Below the pieces are notes generated by a model that saw only the letters and a list, made by a program, of their open reading frames with translations, made no database searches and was not told the origin of the DNA. DNA of 64,000 nt, from NCBI GenBank assembly GCA_015680685.1, contig MNCI01000627.1, positions 386,535 to 450,534 on the forward strand, given 5' to 3'. Positions 29,231 to 42,099 of the stretch are shown here, one piece after another; the first letter of the stretch is position 1, and each line of letters opens with the position of its first letter. The position numbers and the translations under genes were made by a program. The stretch is from Gnetum montanum (Eukaryota > Plantae > Gnetophyta).

Positions 29231-32200
29231 TCAACTCACATAGATGATAGAACATATTTACACGTAAAGCTTAAGTGGGTAGACAAATTGAAAGATATAA
29301 CAACGGAAAAATCAATATTTTCATATTCCAAGCAATATCAACAAAAAAACTGTGTAAAGAACATAGAAGATAAATGAGAACTTACACTGTCCATTAGCTA
29401 TTACCAAATGAAAAATAGGAACTACACATATACCATTAAAGGAACCTAGATATTTCGGATTACTTGGCCAACTGAAATTAAAAACCATGTTGACCTTCAA
29501 TTGCATTCGGTGCTGCTACCGTTGTCGTTGCCATTGCATGCTCTGGCCTTTCCTGCTACTGGTTGTTGTCACCGTAACGGTTGCTCCACCCTGCATTGCA
29601 CCACACAAAAACCTTGCCCACCATCATTGCATGCACTACCATCACGGCTACCAGATCCACTGCCGGATTTGCTGTCGGATCCATTGCCAAATTTGCTATT
29701 GGATCTACTGTTGTCATTACTGTCGGATCTGAAACATGGCCATCCGAGGAGCATAGAACTTCTTAGCGTTGTCGCATCACTACCTAGCGCTATGTGGGGC
29801 TACCTTCACAAGCGCAGTGGTTGTGGGAAGGGTGCAACAATAGTGTGGGTTGGGTGCGATGCGATGGTGGTTTGGGTGGGCCACAACCACCATGGAGTGC
29901 TGGTGGGCCTGGCGGCATGCAAAGTTCATGGATAGGCTTTGCTGTATCTGCAACATAATTACCTAACACAGATCAACATATGAACTTACAATGATAAATT
30001 TTTGACCAAAAATATGCACATTCCTATCATCTAAACCCTCTGAGAAACCTTAACACAGATCAACATTTGTAACATAATTACCTGACACGGATCAACGTTT
30101 GCATCGTGTTTTTCCCCATTTGGTGGGATTTGACCTAGCGTGACATGACAATGGCAACAAACTTCATCCCCCTCCCACCCAACATCGCGCCAAACAAGTT
30201 GGCCTCTCCACCAAAACTAGTTTAGTTATATATATATATATCTATGATTTGGCCGATATGATTTTAAAGAAGATAATGTTAACCAAGCCCAACTATTGGA
30301 TGAGGTAAAGATAACTAAAAATGAAATTAATCATCATTTCTTTGTTTCACTACCACTTACCCAATTTAGATATACTGTCTTGGTCAAGTTTGTTCTATCT
30401 TTGTTTCTTCATGGTGTTTTTGAAATCGATTTTGGATTTCTAATTTCTATGATCTATGGTCGTCCTCTGCCTCGACCATGCCCACGCCTATGCCCACTAC
30501 CACGACCTCCATGAATTATATTATCTATTGCAACAGATGGTTACTGTGGTTAATCTTGAAGAGAGTGTTCTATGCCTGCACTATTAGGACTAAAAGTAGT
30601 AGGATCCATTTTTTTGAAAATGCATAAATTCAAATATTTCACCACATCATCCTTAAACATGATGCTTAAGTATAATATCTTTCAATAAAATTTAGATTTA
30701 TTTTTCTACCTAGTCAAATCATTTAATGTTTGTTGTCACATATATGCATTATCATTGTTATTGTGAATTCAAGTTTTAAAAGAATTTAGTGGTTATCATG
30801 AACTTTGGATAATATTCATATGTAAGTATGGTGTGACAAAAAAAATTAAACAACCCATGTCAAGCATATTCTTGTTGAAATAACTTTAGTACATAGATTC
30901 ATCTCCAACCCCCAACACCCCGATGTTAGCCATTAGGCTTTTAGCATATTTTTCCAATTTTATAAATCCTAGGCAACATAATCATGTATATTAATTATAG
31001 ACATGAAGCTTAAAATAGAAGTAATGATGTCCTAAACAATGCAAACATGTTAATATATTTTATTAACCAATGGTGAATAGTGTTAAAGGAGAACATCACT
31101 GTAGCATTGTGATAGGTTCAAATTATGTTTGTCTTCAGATTTATAGATATAACATCACCCGTTCAAGTCCATAGATTGTAGCATTGTAATAGGTTCAAAT
31201 TATGCATGTGCATATATATATATATATATATATAAATTTTTTTATCTTTAGATTTGCAAATATAAAGTCACTGGTTGAAGTCAATAGATTGCAAATAACT
31301 AAAAAACTTATTAACTAAAAAACTTTTAAAAGTGAAAATAATAGATATGTTCTCGGTTGGGTTACTGAAATAACAAATCATTATAATCAAAATATAAAAA
31401 ATATTATATTTTGCAATATTGTACACGGTTGTGAATTGTAACTATATTCTTAGATTATCACTATATTCTTAGTCTAAGCTTCTGTGCCAAAAGGAGTCCC
31501 GACTTTACTATAATTTTAAAGTAGATTCGGGAAGAAAACCTTTGCAACCATATTAGCCATGGAACCCAGTGGTGATAAATAGTCTTTGCAGGGATTGGAT
31601 TTTACACGCCACTGACCTATCTACCACACGTCTCTGTGTGCATTATTATTTATAAGTATAATAAATATCAGGGACATTTTACATTTGCTTTGTTTGTTTA
31701 TAGTTAATACTGTCTCAATTTCAATCATTTCCTAGTAAAAACCTTGTGTGAGTTACTGTTTCCTACCGTGCAGGGAAACCTTCCATCGTTGGTTGACTTT
31801 GCAGTCACTGTCTGATGGCTTTACCCGTCTCCTATTCCAGTGCCAGCTCCAAGAATTGTTGGATTGCTGGTAAGCTAGGTCTCATTGCTTAGTTATTCGT
31901 GGGAACAGAATCTTGCAGGAATGATATTTTTCCTCCGAATTGTTATTGCATTTTAAAAAATAGATCTTATGGCAATTTCTGATATCCGAACACGTAATTG
32001 TTTGCATGGTTCGTTGCTATCAAACAACCAGAAAATTAAATATAGTATTCCAGGTACGCATGCAAACCCAGAATAAACAAAATTTTAAAGCAGCACTGGA
32101 AGCGCGGAGCAGCAAAGTTTAAAGTTATGATCATCGCGTTTTTTTGTCATTTGGTGGGATCTGACTTGATGGTGGCGACCAACTTCACCCGCCTCCCACC

Positions 32201-32531
32201 CACATCGCTTAAAGAAAGGCTTTAAGCATCTCGTGCTATATTTTATAACAGCATGGTCTGCAATACACCCATTTGCACTGCATGGTCAAATGACAGGACC
32301 GGATTCCTTAATCCTGCCAAAAAGAAAACCATTTCAAATAAATTGTTCCCCACAATTTGTTTGGTCGGCTGCTTGTTTATCACATGCTTTCCAAACGGCG
32401 AATCAGGAACCGGACATTGCAGATCAGGAATTTAAAGTTAAACTACGACCCGCTACATGAACACTGAGCAGTTAGATTCAGCGACAAATGCCATGAAAGC
32501 CAAAGAGACATTCCCAAGAATACTGGAATAT

Positions 32532-32690
32532 GAGAGAGCATCTTGTTGTATGCCGAACAGTGAATTTTGTTTTTCAAAAGTTACTGTGCTCTGAAATCAG
32601 CATGCACGAGAGAGCATCTTGTTGCATGCCAAACAGTGAATTTTGTTTTTTTAAAATTCCTGTGCTCTGAAATCAGCATGCATCTTGTTT
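32532..32690. repeat. Tandem duplication of ~76 bp upstream of FHY
   Basis: GAGAGAGCATCTTGTTG...GCTCTGAAATCAGCATGC starts at 32532 and again at 32608. Confidence 0.85.
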
Positions 32691-32926
32691 ATAGCCAGAA
32701 TTTTCAGGCAATAGAACATATTCATGATTTCATGTTCGCAACCTTTTTTCGCTTGAAAGATAGGATAGAATATGTTCTGCGCCGTCACATTGGGCAAGCC
32801 CACTGGGATTTCTCAGGCAGCTGGCCTTGGTTTCTATTTTATGTTTTGGAGAAAATCTGTTCTTTTGGCTACTGTTCAGCGGATCCGTGCTACAGCTCCT
32901 GCAGTCAGAGAAGCAGATTTTCAGCA

Positions 32927-33014
32927 ATGGTGCATGGATGCAATGAATCAACCGAATTCCAAAAATCTAAGTGTAATGTCATTCTGGACCTTGATGGCAC
33001 ACTTCTTGATACTG
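32927..33014 (+). CDS. FHY: FHY exon 1 (HAD motif I)
   Basis: MVHG...NVILDLDGTLLDT, donor GTGGGT at 33015. Start codon less certain. Confidence 0.8.
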
Positions 33015-33420
33015 GTGGGTACCCAATGATACCCTGGTAATGATGTTTTAAAACTCATAGCATATATATTTCTACTGTTTAATAAATCTACTGTCCAATA
33101 CCGTAATAAAATTTCAGTTTCAGTAATTCTTTGCATTTATGGGTTCTGGGTTGCGATGTCTTCACTATCTTAAGGGTTGGGTCCTGATTCGCTCTGCAAT
33201 TGTTTGCAGGCATCGGTTCTAGGTTGTAAATTGTTTTTTTTTTTTTGCCCAATTCAGGGTTCTTGGATGCTATTGTTTTTGCCTGTGTTTATTGTTTACC
33301 GCTACTGGATTAAGGAATTTTTTAAAAAACTATCAAATTTTTTTATTTCTGAGCAAAGAAAATTTTTAATTGTTAAAGGTTTTGACTTTTTAAGTAAATA
33401 ATTTGGTTGTTGTGTTGCAG

Positions 33421-33610
33421 AGACAGTAGTGGATGAGGTGCTGAAGTTACATTTGAAAGAGCAGTATGGAAAGGTCTGGAATTGTAGAGGGGAAGAGAAA
33501 CGCTTAGGGAAACGGCCTTTGGAAGCAGCAGCTGTTGTTATTGAGGATCATGATCTTCCTTGTACTCTGGAACAATTAATGGCTGAGCTCTTCCCTAAAT
33601 TTGATTCCGT
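33421..33610 (+). CDS. FHY: FHY exon 2
   Basis: TTGCAG acceptor; TVVDEVLK..YGKVW..LGKRPLEAAA..DLPC; GTGAGT donor. Confidence 0.92.
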
Positions 33611-34368
33611 GTGAGTTTCTGATTGGCAGTCTCATTCTTGTTTTCTTGTGACTGAGACCCTAAATTGACTTACAGAATGCATATTTCAGTTTGACGGCAG
33701 AATGGCCATGGTGGTCTTGACTGTAGAATTGAATCAATTTTAAACGTCTTAACGTAGATAATTAGGTAGATACGGTATTCATCATTAACTATATGGGCTC
33801 TTGATAAACCTGCGCAAAATCTTCTGGCAACTACGAGCATATTGTATGATAATATGTTAGTAGCCTGCCTAATGTTTGCCAACAGATTGTACTGCAATTT
33901 TGTTGCAAACATCATTGGTGTCTCTTCGTTTTGCTGTAGGAAGAAAATGCAATAACACATATGAATGATCCATGCTGAGGTTCTATTGAAATTGCATTTA
34001 CTTGGACGTAAAAATTTTTAGTCATTTTGGTTTCAGTGCCTACCTTGAAGTTCTCAGTTTAGCATTCAATATCTATTGAACTATTAGTAAAACATTCTAT
34101 ATTAAGCTCACCCAAAAAAATCAGAAAATCAGAAGAAAAGGAAATTTAAAAAAGGATAAAAAGTTTATTTTCTCTAAATGCTAATTACACAACCAGTTAA
34201 TCTTCTGCATTGGCACTACACAGAAAATGTTGTTTGATGTAAATATGTATTTTGCTGTTTTCACTGGTTGCTGTGTGTTGATGTTGTACAAGTTTTATTA
34301 ATGCTAAAACTACCTTTAAAACAAACGTTGTTGCATTTAGATGAATAACTTGTCCCAAATAATTTCAG

Positions 34369-34897
34369 GTGGTTTAAAGCTAAACCTCTCCCTGGAGCTT
34401 CTCGTCTTATTAAACATCTANCTAGGCCCGCCCAGAATTGGATAATTGTTGCCTGGGCCCTTAGGGCGGGGTAGATAAAATCAAAGTGTAGCAAGTATTA
34501 ATCTGGGATAACTCCAAAGTAGTTTCAGGGTAACTATCATTCCCCGCTGGTTACTCTTATTACTTGAAAAAACTTTGGTTACGGGAGTCCATGCGTTTCC
34601 ATGAAATGCTAAGATCCCGCGATTGTTTATGAAAAACAACACAAATACGTTAACACTGAGTCGTGAGGTAAGTAAGGTGCATTCTTACAGGCTAGCTCTA
34701 TTTGTGACTTCAAGTGCTATGATTGATGGCCCTAGAAAGCCGTTAGGTAACATTCATTAAGGTGGCATGGGTTCATTTCACTTGTGAACTCTCCTATGTG
34801 GTGAACACTCACATTTTGGAACTCTCACTTCATGGGCAACTCCTTCCGTTAACGGAACAAGANCATAATATAGAAGCCAAACTTTCTTTTCAACCAG
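34369..34897 (+). CDS. FHY: FHY exon 3 in two pieces (34369-34420 and 34864-34897), separated by N-flanked foreign sequence
   Basis: WFKAKPLPGASRLIKHL, then N; after the second N, HNIEAKLSFQP and a GT donor at 34898. Confidence 0.85.
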
Positions 34898-34985
34898 GTG
34901 GTTTTGCAGTGTTAAATTCTATGTCCCTACTAGCAAGTTAGTTGTTAGTATCTATAATTTTTCTTAAATTTGATTTGAGATCCAG

Positions 34986-35055
34986 GATGGAAGGAGTCAT
35001 TTAAATTCATTGTTACTGGAGATGAAGTCAAGGAGGGAAAACCGTTTCCTGACAT
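34986..35055 (+). CDS. FHY: FHY exon 4
   Basis: WKESFKFIVTGDEVKEGKPFPD; AG acceptor and GTAAG donor. Confidence 0.92.
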
Positions 35056-35162
35056 GTAAGTTGTTCTGGTTTTACCTCTTGATGAATGCATGCACTTGCT
35101 TATAATTTTTAGTTATTTGGACAGGACATATAAAATTGCTCATATTTTATATATGAATGCAG

Positions 35163-35228
35163 ATATATTGAAACAGCCAAGCAATTGCAGGCTGAACCTA
35201 GTAGCTGTCTTCTCATTGAAGATTCACT
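35163..35228 (+). CDS. FHY: FHY exon 5
   Basis: YIETAKQLQAEPSSCLLIEDS; AG acceptor and GT donor. Confidence 0.9.
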
Positions 35229-35359
35229 GTAATGCTATTGTACTTTTTAATTTTTGAATCCAGTTTATTGAAGGTTATCATCTGTGCAAGTTCATGTTTA
35301 TTGTCTAGTAGCATTTGACTTGATATGTTAACATTTATAGTATTTAACTTTTAACAATT

Positions 35360-35488
35360 AGGTTCAGGGTTCAAATCTACATATGCCACTAGGGGTCATA
35401 GACAATAGCTATAAAAACTATCATCAAATCATCTGCTTAGCCTAAAGGTCACCATAATTCAATGGGATAAAACCAATGATGATGATGA
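35360..35488 (+). mobile_element. Possible SINE remnant with RTE-like tail
   Basis: B-box-like GGTTCAAATC (35368-35377) and 3' GGGATAAAACCAA(TGA)n, resembling the RTE tail at 60225-60250. Confidence 0.35.
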
Positions 35489-36336
35489 ATCTAAAGCAGT
35501 TGAGGTAATAGAACTACTTAAGTTAGTTGCATCATAGCTAAATCCATTAGCATAACACCTTTGTGTTGGTCTTTATAAATACAATGTTTCTAAGGCTATA
35601 ATGTACCTCATTTGGACAAACATGCCTCTGAAACTCATATACGTTGGTTACTTTTCATCATCATTGAATGCCAAATATTAGAGTATGCTTGGTTTCATCT
35701 ACATTTAAAACTTTAAACACCCATTTTGAGATTATGAGATATTTTAAATGGCTGGAAATTTCAATCTTTCAAACTTTGTTTGTGAACCTTTGATTTTTTT
35801 TTCTTTGTTTGTTCCTTGGATAAACTAATCAATTACCATAAGCATTGATTATCATCCTCATTGCAATTTGGGGAACATAGTTTTTTGCCTAATTAAATTC
35901 CTAAATCATTCTGAAAAATCTAATCTAATAAAATTATAACTTTGGGAAATTTCATTATTTATACATTTCTCATGAGAGATTTTTTCCCTACTTTTATGAA
36001 GCCAAAACTGAATTTATTTTTTTACCTTAAAAAGACCATTATACTTTAATCATACTGAAACTTTTGTCAATTCAATGGATATAAATTATTAGCGATTCAT
36101 TAGCATCATCATGATTGCCTATATTCTATTGAACGTGGGTGACCTGTTTCAGTAGACAAGTGATTTGGTGATGATTTTATTTATGCCCTACTATCTATCT
36201 AAAACAAACCTGAAGATAATTTTTTTTGCAATAACCCCATATGGCATGTATCTTGTATGACCTGTTTGGACATCATCCTAATTTTCAGGACACAAATCAC
36301 AAGCCTTACCAACATGCTACCCTTTGATAACTTATT

Positions 36337-37014
36337 TTGAGAAAAGTTCAAGCTTTATTGTAAAGGAAGAATAATAATATTTACAAACGGCATCCATAAC
36401 CCCACCAGACCTCAATCAGTGAAACTCAGCTTGCCGACACCCATGCCAAGGGCCATGACCAACCCAGACCCAGCCCCAGTGTCCAGCAACGAACTCTGCA
36501 AACAGTACTAAAACCCGCTCAGAAGAAAACGCAAACCGCAAGGGTCATAGGCCAAAAACCCACAAGGAACAGCGGCCCTGCCCAGAAAAAAGAAACCCAC
36601 AAAGAACAGCGGCGCTGCCCAGAAGGAGAAACCCACATGAGAATGTCTGCTAAACAAACCCCAACCAAAGGACCCAACTTACATTGAATCTTCAGGCACA
36701 GTCATTTTCCCACGTCGTTTTCAATCCGGCTGTGGTCAAGGATCCCTCCTGACCCTGACTCCCCTGTACCCACTGTTGCAGACCCTCTGCGTCCAGCCCC
36801 CCTGTACTTCGGGACGCAGCAGCCATTCCTGCTCGCATCCGGTCTCTGTTCCATGAGACGTGCTAGTTTCTCCTCCCATGTTACAGCCCTTGCCCGAGCC
36901 CGGCACATTGTCTCCCTGGCCGAACCGAAATCTCTGCCGCTGGTAGACCACCCGAGGTACCAGCCTCACCACCAGCAAAATCTCAGCCCCATGCCACGAC
37001 GGCGCCAAAATGAG
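36337..37014 (-). mobile_element. 5'-truncated non-LTR retro-insertion (L1-like LINE 3' end or retrocopy) in FHY intron 5
   Basis: Perfect 18-bp TSD ACCCTTTGATAACTTATT at 36319-36336 and 37015-37032. AATAAA on the minus strand at 36354-36359. GC-rich against an AT-rich intron. Confidence 0.85.
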
Positions 37015-39150
37015 ACCCTTTGATAACTTATTAGTAACTGTATCCCTTTATTTTTAGTCACTGTATCCCTTTATTTTTCAAGGAATATTCCAATGAAACA
37101 TGTAAGGAAGCTATAAAATGCATCTGCTAGTATGTCATTGAGACAATCAAACTGTTCTTTCTTTGCATGGGATGCACATTCATCAACTTGTTTTAATTGT
37201 AAGGTATGCAACCGACTTATGTGTGCAAACGATCTTTAGCTTTTTTTTCTTTTTAAATCTGCCCTAAGAGCTCAACATGTGATTATTTCAAATAAAATTT
37301 CTTCTTATCATTTGCATTACTTAAAAATTTTTACAGCGCCCTCTTTCACCATCCAGCAAAATGTAACTATATTGGTTACTAAATCATGCTCTTCAATTAC
37401 AGATTTTGAACTCATGCTTTTTCCCTTGTTAAAAGAAACCATTTTCATAGTTTGAATTATTTCTTTGAAACTTTTACTTTTTGTGAACTTTTTTTGGGGA
37501 GTATATACAAAAAAATTGACAACAAACTTCAGGCTCTAGCGGTAGCATATCTTTCATTAAGAGAGTTTCATGTTGAACTTTGAATTTTATTAGAAATTTG
37601 TCATTAAAATATTATTTCTTTACATTCTTTATCTATTTCTGTTATCTTTGATTCAAGCTTGGACTGAATGTAATAGAACCAAATAGAATTGTTTGTTTCA
37701 CAGTATTATTGAAAATTTGTCTTCAGTTCAGGTGCCTTATCATTTATATTTGCTTCCAAGAGCAGATAGAGCACTTCCAGCTAGTTTCAGATTATCATTC
37801 TATTTTGTGTTACCAATATTATTGTTTTTGATAGCTTACGCAGTGGAACATTGATCATGTCTCTCAGTTGATCTTTAAGATTCCAAGACTGCTCTGGTTC
37901 TACCTAGACTTTTATCTTGTTTGTTAAACTGCACATATATCTTGTAGGTGTTATTGCTGCACTCCAGATGCAAGTATTTTTAAAATTGAATTGTGTTAAT
38001 TTTGGCATCTCCTATATGATCTTCATTTTGTGGTCTATTATTATATTTGTTTTGTTAACATCAATTTTCAATTTTGAACATTTGCAAAAGTAATCAAATT
38101 TTTACAACAGGGTTTGTTAACTTTTACTTCCCCTAAAGGTCAATGTCACATCATCTGCAAATAATAAAAACTTGCAAATAGCTAGCCTAGTTTCACATAA
38201 TGGTCATTAGAGATCATTTTTGTCCATTCTTCTAATTAAAAAAAGGCCAAAGATTGTGGATAACAAATGGCAAACCTTCCTTTGCAAAAAAATAAAAATA
38301 AGCAAGCTGCAAAATGGCAGTCTTTTTTCCCTCCAAATATCAAAGGTTTATCATATCTTCTTCATATAATTGCTGCATGACAGGTAGCAAATTTTCCGGC
38401 ACATTAAAGATCAGTAGCCATTGCTATCAATTCATTCTAGATAGCGAATCAGGAGCCTTTTGAAAAATTTACAAAGCAAATAAAAGTTTTGTTTTGCTGG
38501 CTTTTTGCTTTAATTTAGCATAAGGAATACCAAAAGGTGGAAAGCCTAGGTACATGTAGTTCCAAGCCATGATTATTCCATTCATTCATCGGAATAATTT
38601 TTTAAAATGATGTGATACTTATTCAAAGGCCTTCTAAGATGATACATGGGTTTTCTCAAAAGCATGCAATATCTTATATGACAAATATTTTATCAAAATC
38701 TCACGTAAGAAGTATGCCAATGGATATATCTACTCTAAAGGTGTACGAAACAAATAATAGGCATACATCGGTAAAATAGTAACATACCTTTTTGCAGAAG
38801 TTCGCTCTGATTGACGGTATGCAGCTTGATTGATACAGTATCCGCAATGTTCTTAATAAATAAATGTTGATTAAAATCACCACTTAAGCTATCTTTTGTC
38901 ATGATGTATTTTTTATTTTCTGAATCTTTCTCGTGGCACCAGAAAAGTTTACGTCAATGTTCCTCTATTATTCTGTAAAAACTGCTAATGCTCATGGTCA
39001 TTTAATTCTCAAAATATTTCTCTCTGGTAATGGTGGCTCGTTGAATCATGTTCTAGTAACTGTTATTATGGGTCATTTCTATGTTTCTTACTTAGGATTC
39101 TTCAATATTATCCATATAATTTTGATTGATTTTATAGTAATATTTACCAG

Positions 39151-39305
39151 GCCTGGTGTTAAAGCTGGGAAGGCAGCTGGCATGGATGTCCTAGCTGTTC
39201 CATCTATTCCAAAACAAGCTCATTTTTATACTGAAGCTGACATGGTTTTAAGTAGTCTGCTTGATTTGCAACTAGAAGAATGGGGTCTTCCACCATTTGA
39301 AGACT
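39151..39305 (+). CDS. FHY: FHY exon 6
   Basis: PGVKAGKAAGMDVLAVPSIPKQ..SLLDLQLEEWGLPPFED. Confidence 0.93.
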
Positions 39306-39523
39306 GTAAATTTTTTAGTCTTTTAAATTTGTATTTGTCATTTTTCTAGAAATGGTATGAATGTAGATATAATTGAATTCATAAAATGTTGTGGGATGCA
39401 TTACGTTATTTGGTTCTTGCGAATATTTACTGCAAACATGTACAGGTCCATAACATTTTCATCTTTATATATTTACATCGTGTTATGAATTATCTCATTA
39501 TCATCTGATTCCTTTGTGTCCAG

Positions 39524-39601
39524 GGGTAGGAGAAACATTACCAATTGAACCTTGGTACATTAATGGCCCTGTTGTCAAGGGATTTGGTAGAGGTTCCAAA
39601 C
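39524..39601 (+). CDS. FHY: FHY exon 7, 5' part (start of RFK domain)
   Basis: VGETLPIEPWYINGPVVKGFGRGSK, then the LTR begins. Confidence 0.93.
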
Positions 39602-41273
39602 TGAAACACCCTAAAAGAAAATGCGGGGTCATCCTGGCTTCACCAGGCTCTTGCAGTCCGCACAGCACCACGGCAGTCCATCGGGAAAAGAACGTTCTAG
39701 GTCTAAGATGGCCGGTTCGGTAAAATTTTCTACTTTAGGCATGGGCGAGTTCCGTACCAACTCGCCCGTCCGCCAAAGTAGTCCGAACAGCCGGCAGCCT
39801 GCTCAGAAACGGTGTCCAGAATCAGCGACAGTAGCCTAGGTGCACAGGAGAAGCAGTTCAGCAAGTTTTCTAAGTCACAAAGCCTGCTACGCTACGATGT
39901 GTAGCGTAGCAAGCCTCAGAAAACAATGGCGGAACGAGATGTTACGCTACGTGATGACATATGGTGTAGCATAGCAACAACTTCACTACTCACCTCCTCG
40001 TCCAATCTCGAATTCTGCAGTGATGTCTCTTCTCGCCGGCGGACCATGTCTGCTGCTATGCTACGTTGAGCTACATGGCGCAGCAAGGCGTAGCAATCCT
40101 GTGGAAAGGAATAGAAGGTGGTTTGAAAGGCGAAATCAGCGAAGTCCGCAGAACTTGCATTATGGCAGAATAAGCTGAAAATCAGCAAAATTGTCCCAGT
40201 CGCTACGCTACGCTACGTAGCGTAGTAGGTACGTGATGTACGGCAAGACACGCTGCAAGGTGCTATGCCACGATAAGTAAGCCACGTCGCAGAACACAAC
40301 GCGATAGTGCGACATCAATGCACTCCACCTCAATCGGACCGTTGGCACACGCCTCTAGGAGCTGGCGGCGCAGTCACAACGTGGTAGGATCGTAGTTATT
40401 GCTCGCATCACAATGGTCTTGCAAGCTCAACGGTCACAAACGGCTCGAGTAACGCCAGTAAGTTGGCGCAAGTCTACAACAACGAAGTATTCAAACGGTC
40501 ACCTTTGCTTACCTTCGGCCCTATAAATAGCTTGTCAAATAGCACAAAAAGGGTCTGTAAAAAAAAAAAGAAAAAAAGAAAAGGGTAGTCTCTTGGATTG
40601 AAATAAAAAAAGAGAAATACCTGCAATCTCACAATAAGGGAAAGAAAAGGAGAGGCCAGCAATCTGTAAAAAGGAACCTCTCTCGGTTGGCATAAAGCTC
40701 GGGATTTTGTTCTACCACCTTGGTAGGATCCTACCTGTGTTGTATATACGTGAAGTTTGTGCTCAAGTGCACAACTATTCCTGTTTCCCGGCACGCTTTG
40801 GTCACTCGGAACTTTCTGCACTTCGTCACGTCGTGCAGCCGATTGTGCCATGCCTTGACCGGACAGATTTGTAGCTCTGAAGCGGTGCATGTTCCTAACT
40901 ATATCTTCTGTTACCTCTTTTTTTTTTACTATCTGGCTTCCTTGTATTATTTCTGTTTTGTTTACCTTCAAGCATCGTCTCATATCATTGTCGCACTTAC
41001 GTTTATTCACTATTTCGCATTATTGTTGCATTTTTTTAGTCTCTTGCTTTTTTCGCTGTAATTACCCATAAGCACCATCTCGCAGCTCGTACAGTTTATA
41101 TTGCAAAAGGCTCTATTGACACCGATGTAAGCCCCTGTTTGATCGACCAGGCCGTTCAGGGCACCCTGTGTTCGCACACACCCAGCACCGCCCTCCCACG
41201 GGCACGGGGGTTAGAACTGTTGTGTCCACCGACCTTGGCGTTCTTCCAGCCGTCGACATTTTCGGTTGCTACA
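39602..41273 (+). repeat. 5' LTR (1672 bp)
   Basis: TGAAACACCC...GTTGCTACA; TATAAATAG at ~40522. Eleven differences from the 3' LTR in the first 119 nt, all transitions. Confidence 0.96.
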
Positions 41274-41279
41274 GTTTTC

Positions 41280-41296
41280 TGGTGCTAGAAGGAGGG
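41280..41296 (+). promoter_or_regulatory. Primer binding site TGGTGCTAGAAGGAGGG
   Basis: Starts with TGG 6 nt after the LTR; resembles the TGGCGCTAGAAGGAGG PBS of Tat/Retand elements. Confidence 0.75.
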
Positions 41297-41379
41297 CCTA
41301 TTGGTGCTTTTACCGCGTGTCACAGTATTTCTGTGAACCTTCTGCGCCCTGATACACACAAGTGTAGACGCGACACCCT

Positions 41380-42020
41380 CTTGCAGTTGTTTGCGTTCTG
41401 TGCGGTGCAGATCGGTCACCCCGATAGTTCCTTTGGAGCCCCACAGAACACAAGGCCTTTGATCGTCGGTTAACTAGCTCATTCTACGGTTGTCTTGCGT
41501 GCGTACTGCACCCCGCCCTGTGTGGTGTAGATCGGTTGCCTCGACGGTCCCTTCGGGACCCTACGAGACATAAAACCTACTTGATCACTAGTTAACTTGC
41601 CCATCCTACGGTTGTCTCGCCTACGTTCTGTACCTCATTCCTACGGCATAGACCGGTCGCCTCGACGGTCCCTTTGGGATCCTGCGAGACACGAAACTTA
41701 CCTGGTCGTTAGTTAATTTGCTTGTCTTACGATAGTGTCATATGCCTTCCACACCCCGATTTGCATTGGCGTAAACTCGACACCCTTTGCAGTTGTTTGC
41801 ACATTGTGTGTGGATCAGTCGCCTCGACGGTTCCTTCGAGACCCTATGAGACAATAGGCCTTCTAACGGCAATTTAACTTGCTCCTTTTGCAGTAGTCCC
41901 ACATGCGCCCTGTGCCCTGACCAGCATAGGCGAAAACGTGACACCCTTTGAGGTTGTTTCCATCTTGTGTGGCTCAGGTCGGTCGCCTAGGCGGTCCCTC
42001 TGGGATCCTGCAAGATGAAA
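41380..42020 (+). repeat. Five diverged ~120-165-bp repeats in the 5' leader
   Basis: GATCGGTCGCCTCGACGGTCCCTTCGGGACCCT-like core at ~41409, 41529, 41650, 41812 and 41977. Confidence 0.85.
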
Positions 42021-42099
42021 AGCCACTTGTTTTCGTTTTCGTTTATCCTTCTGTTCTTTTGCATTTTTCTAGCATTTTCGCATAATCACTTGCTTAACG

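Noticed and set aside
30440-31000. Minus-strand GRGRGRP stretch and a possible Ulp1-like VHDNH*ILL remnant
   Set aside because: Too short and degraded to support a call.
32772-33029. Alternative FHY start MDAMNQPNSKNLS, implying a frameshift in exon 1
   Set aside because: An in-frame ATG exists at 32927; this cannot be decided without orthologues.
39621-41473. Many ORF-track ORFs in the LTRs (also 56369-58015)
   Set aside because: Incidental frames within duplicated LTR sequence; not preserved between the two LTRs as coding sequence.
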